In this document: one piece after another, positions 10,424 to 12,372 of the stretch | How the letters are laid out: each line of letters starts with the position of its first letter | Position numbering within the stretch: the stretch's first letter is position 1 | NCBI GenBank assembly: GCA_030141605.1 | Contig: JAQGDQ010002161.1 | Span: 1-12,372, forward strand | Length of the DNA stretch: 12,372 bases | Direction of reading: 5' to 3' | DNA from: Tubiluchus corallicola | Lineage: Eukaryota > Animalia > Priapulida | The notes under the pieces: model-generated | Database searches by the model: none | Told to the model about the DNA's origin: nothing | The model's input: the letters and a program-made list of their open reading frames with translations, nothing else | Translations under genes and position numbers: made by a program

Positions 10424-10888
10424 CAGAAATCCCATGGTCAGGGAAAGTTCTGGAAAATCCTTGAAAATACAGACCATCCTGGGAAATCATGCAAAAGTCA
10501 GGGAAAAGATAATTTGGTAAAAAGGCAAGGAAATGATGAAAATGGCGTGAAAAGTCGGATAAATTTGAAAGAATTGCAAAAATAATCACTGCGAACGGAT
10601 ATTTTTCTAAACGTATTTTTCAGCGATTCGTGTTCAAATAAAATTTTGCAATGGCAGTCTCCCAGTTTCGACTTCTGTTTCAAAAATAACGACTGGATTA
10701 AGAAAGTTGACTTAATGTGATTAGTGTAATTTCTGTACCGACACGTCAGTGTATGTATGAATGTCCATACACAAAAATGTTTAAATGTATACCGGTAATG
10801 GAATTTCTGCTTATCTTGGTCATGGAAAATAGAGAAAAGTCATGGAATAGTCAGGGAAAATTTATTTTAAAATTCTGTGAAAACCCTG
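10424..10888 (+). mobile_element. Non-autonomous hAT-type DNA transposon (MITE) with CAGGGTT-type termini
   Basis: The 3' end is TGTGAAAACCCTG (to 10888) and the 5' end is a degenerate CAGaaaTCCCATGG. Same-orientation subterminal repeats GTCAGGGAAA (10437, 10497, 10850) and GTCATGGAA (10819, 10839) are clustered at both ends. The flanks agtggact / agcgatact are at best a decayed 8-bp TSD. There is no transposase. Confidence 0.72.
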
Positions 10889-11494
10889 AGCGATACTTCA
10901 TTTGAATAGTTATACACACTGTATACAGGCAGACCAGACTACTCTGTTTTCCAGTTTAAACTCCCTCCAAATTCTGTTAATCTCTTCGGCGAAGCCAACC
11001 TACCAGTGCGCTGTAGTGTTGCGCTTGGATGCTGCAGCGCTGCTTTTTAACCATGTTGCTAAGCGCGCGAAAAATATTGTCTGAAAAGTTTTGTCGCACG
11101 CTGAAAGCTGCCCATTGATTTGCCATGAAACACAATAGGGTATTTGCGTGCAGGTATATTAGTTTAATAGCAAAAACTTCTATCGATGTTTTCACGTGGC
11201 AATATCGTGGCTTTGGCGAAAAAATTTTGCGAACATTGAAGTAAATAATTCAGCCTTGCCACCCAACAGTGCTTTAGGTGGCGAAAATTATTAAATCATT
11301 AATAATGGAGAATGCTTTAATAGCTTGCTGCTATTATAATGAAGTAAATTATCGTTAAAATCCGGGGAACTTTGTTGACAAAACAGCATTATTACACGCG
11401 TGGGTACTAGCAACATGCACTTTGTAACAGGCAACCTATAACAGACAACAAGGCCATCATTTGGTCGCTCACTCAGTCACATACTTTTAATTTA

Positions 11495-11601
11495 AGCATG
11501 TTTTATGGTTTCTTTTTTGTGATATGTGTTGTATATTTTGGGTGCTACATCTTTTATACGAACAAGGTTTGAATAAAGATTTAAACCGAATTAAATCAAA
11601 T
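11495..11601 (+). mobile_element. Possible isolated retroposon 3' tail
   Basis: A T-rich stretch is followed by AATAAA (11572-11577) and a degenerate pentamer tail (taaac cgaat taaat caaat). No coding remnant was recognised. Confidence 0.3.
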
Positions 11602-11617
11602 AACTGAGTCAGGCGTT

Positions 11618-11743
11618 CAGCCAGCCAGTCAGTCAGTCAGTCAGTCAGTCAGTCAGTCAGTCAGTCAGTCAGTCGGGCGGGTATGCAGTCGGTTGGGCGG
11701 GCGGTCAGGCAGGCGGCAGGCAGGCAGGCAGGCAGGCAAGCAG
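11618..11743. repeat. Compound (CAGT)n / (GGCG/GGCA)n tetranucleotide microsatellite
   Basis: Directly visible. Confidence 0.95.
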
Positions 11744-12214
11744 TTGTCAATCAGATTCATTCCGTCAATCAGTGTTCGACAGGCTATCATTTTCGTTTTT
11801 ACTTAGCTCCTTGCCTCGTTTAGTCGTTATAAGTCTGAGTCTTCGTGTTGGTTGAACAAATTCTATAGAGGCGAGGCTGGGGTTTGAGCTGAGCTATCAT
11901 TTCTTCCGTCTTGCTCGGTGCAGAAGCCGCCTACTGATCAAATTTTATCGAGAAATATTACCCGGGAAGATTCTCTTAGGCGTTAATCACTTGCAGAAAC
12001 TACAAAATGGTTATCCAATAGAAAACTATTACAGCCTTTGATTTTAATAGGCAAACAGTTTCTAAATTGATCAAACTCAGACCAAGCGTTCATTTTTTAC
12101 ACATTCGAATGTTCGTAAAAATTATAAAGTGTATGCTGACTTCTGAGAAACCCTGTATTTTGGTTGGTATTAGTCCCGCTGTACTTCAAAAGATAGTAGT
12201 AACACGGTCACTAG

Positions 12215-12372
12215 CACCACCACCACCACCACAACCACCACCACCACCAACACCGCCACCACCACCACCACCACCACCACCACCACCACCACCACCACCA
12301 CCACCACCACCATCACCGCCACCACCGCCACCGCCGCCGCCAGCACCACCACTACCGCCGCCTGCACCACCA
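12215..12372. repeat. (CAC)n/(CGC)n trinucleotide microsatellite running off the window end
   Basis: Directly visible. It produces the poly-V ORF. Confidence 0.95.

Noticed and set aside
9697-11195. Short 60-95 aa ORFs
   Set aside because: They have no recognisable domains, several overlap the MITE, and none resembles the expected next GPCR exon.
12170-12372. Poly-V, poly-T, poly-P or poly-H coding stretch
   Set aside because: It is a simple (CAC)n repeat. A low-complexity exon cannot be excluded at the window edge but is unsupported.

Overview
AT-rich, microsatellite-dense animal genomic DNA, probably from a marine invertebrate such as a mollusc or annelid (inference from the gene family and repeat types). 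It is not prokaryotic: there are no operons, CRISPR arrays or intact long ORFs, and most ORFs in the supplied track are microsatellite translations. The only well-supported host coding sequence is one internal 236-bp exon (8316-8551, +) of a 7TM receptor resembling the GPR157/cAMP-receptor-like GPCRs. The rest looks like intron filled with decayed mobile DNA that the ORF track misses: a + strand CR1-group LINE 3' half ending about 15 nt before the exon, a minus-strand L2/Crack/CR1-group LINE 3' end, a very eroded Ty3/Gypsy RT relic, a hAT-type MITE, a tRNA-like unit with a Pol III terminator, a small inverted-repeat element and a 21-bp-periodic TCAAATGT array. I do not see evidence for a new multi-gene system. 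The most testable observations are the LINE abutting the GPCR splice acceptor, the phased array and the tRNA-like unit. Family assignments come from recalled motifs, not from database searches.
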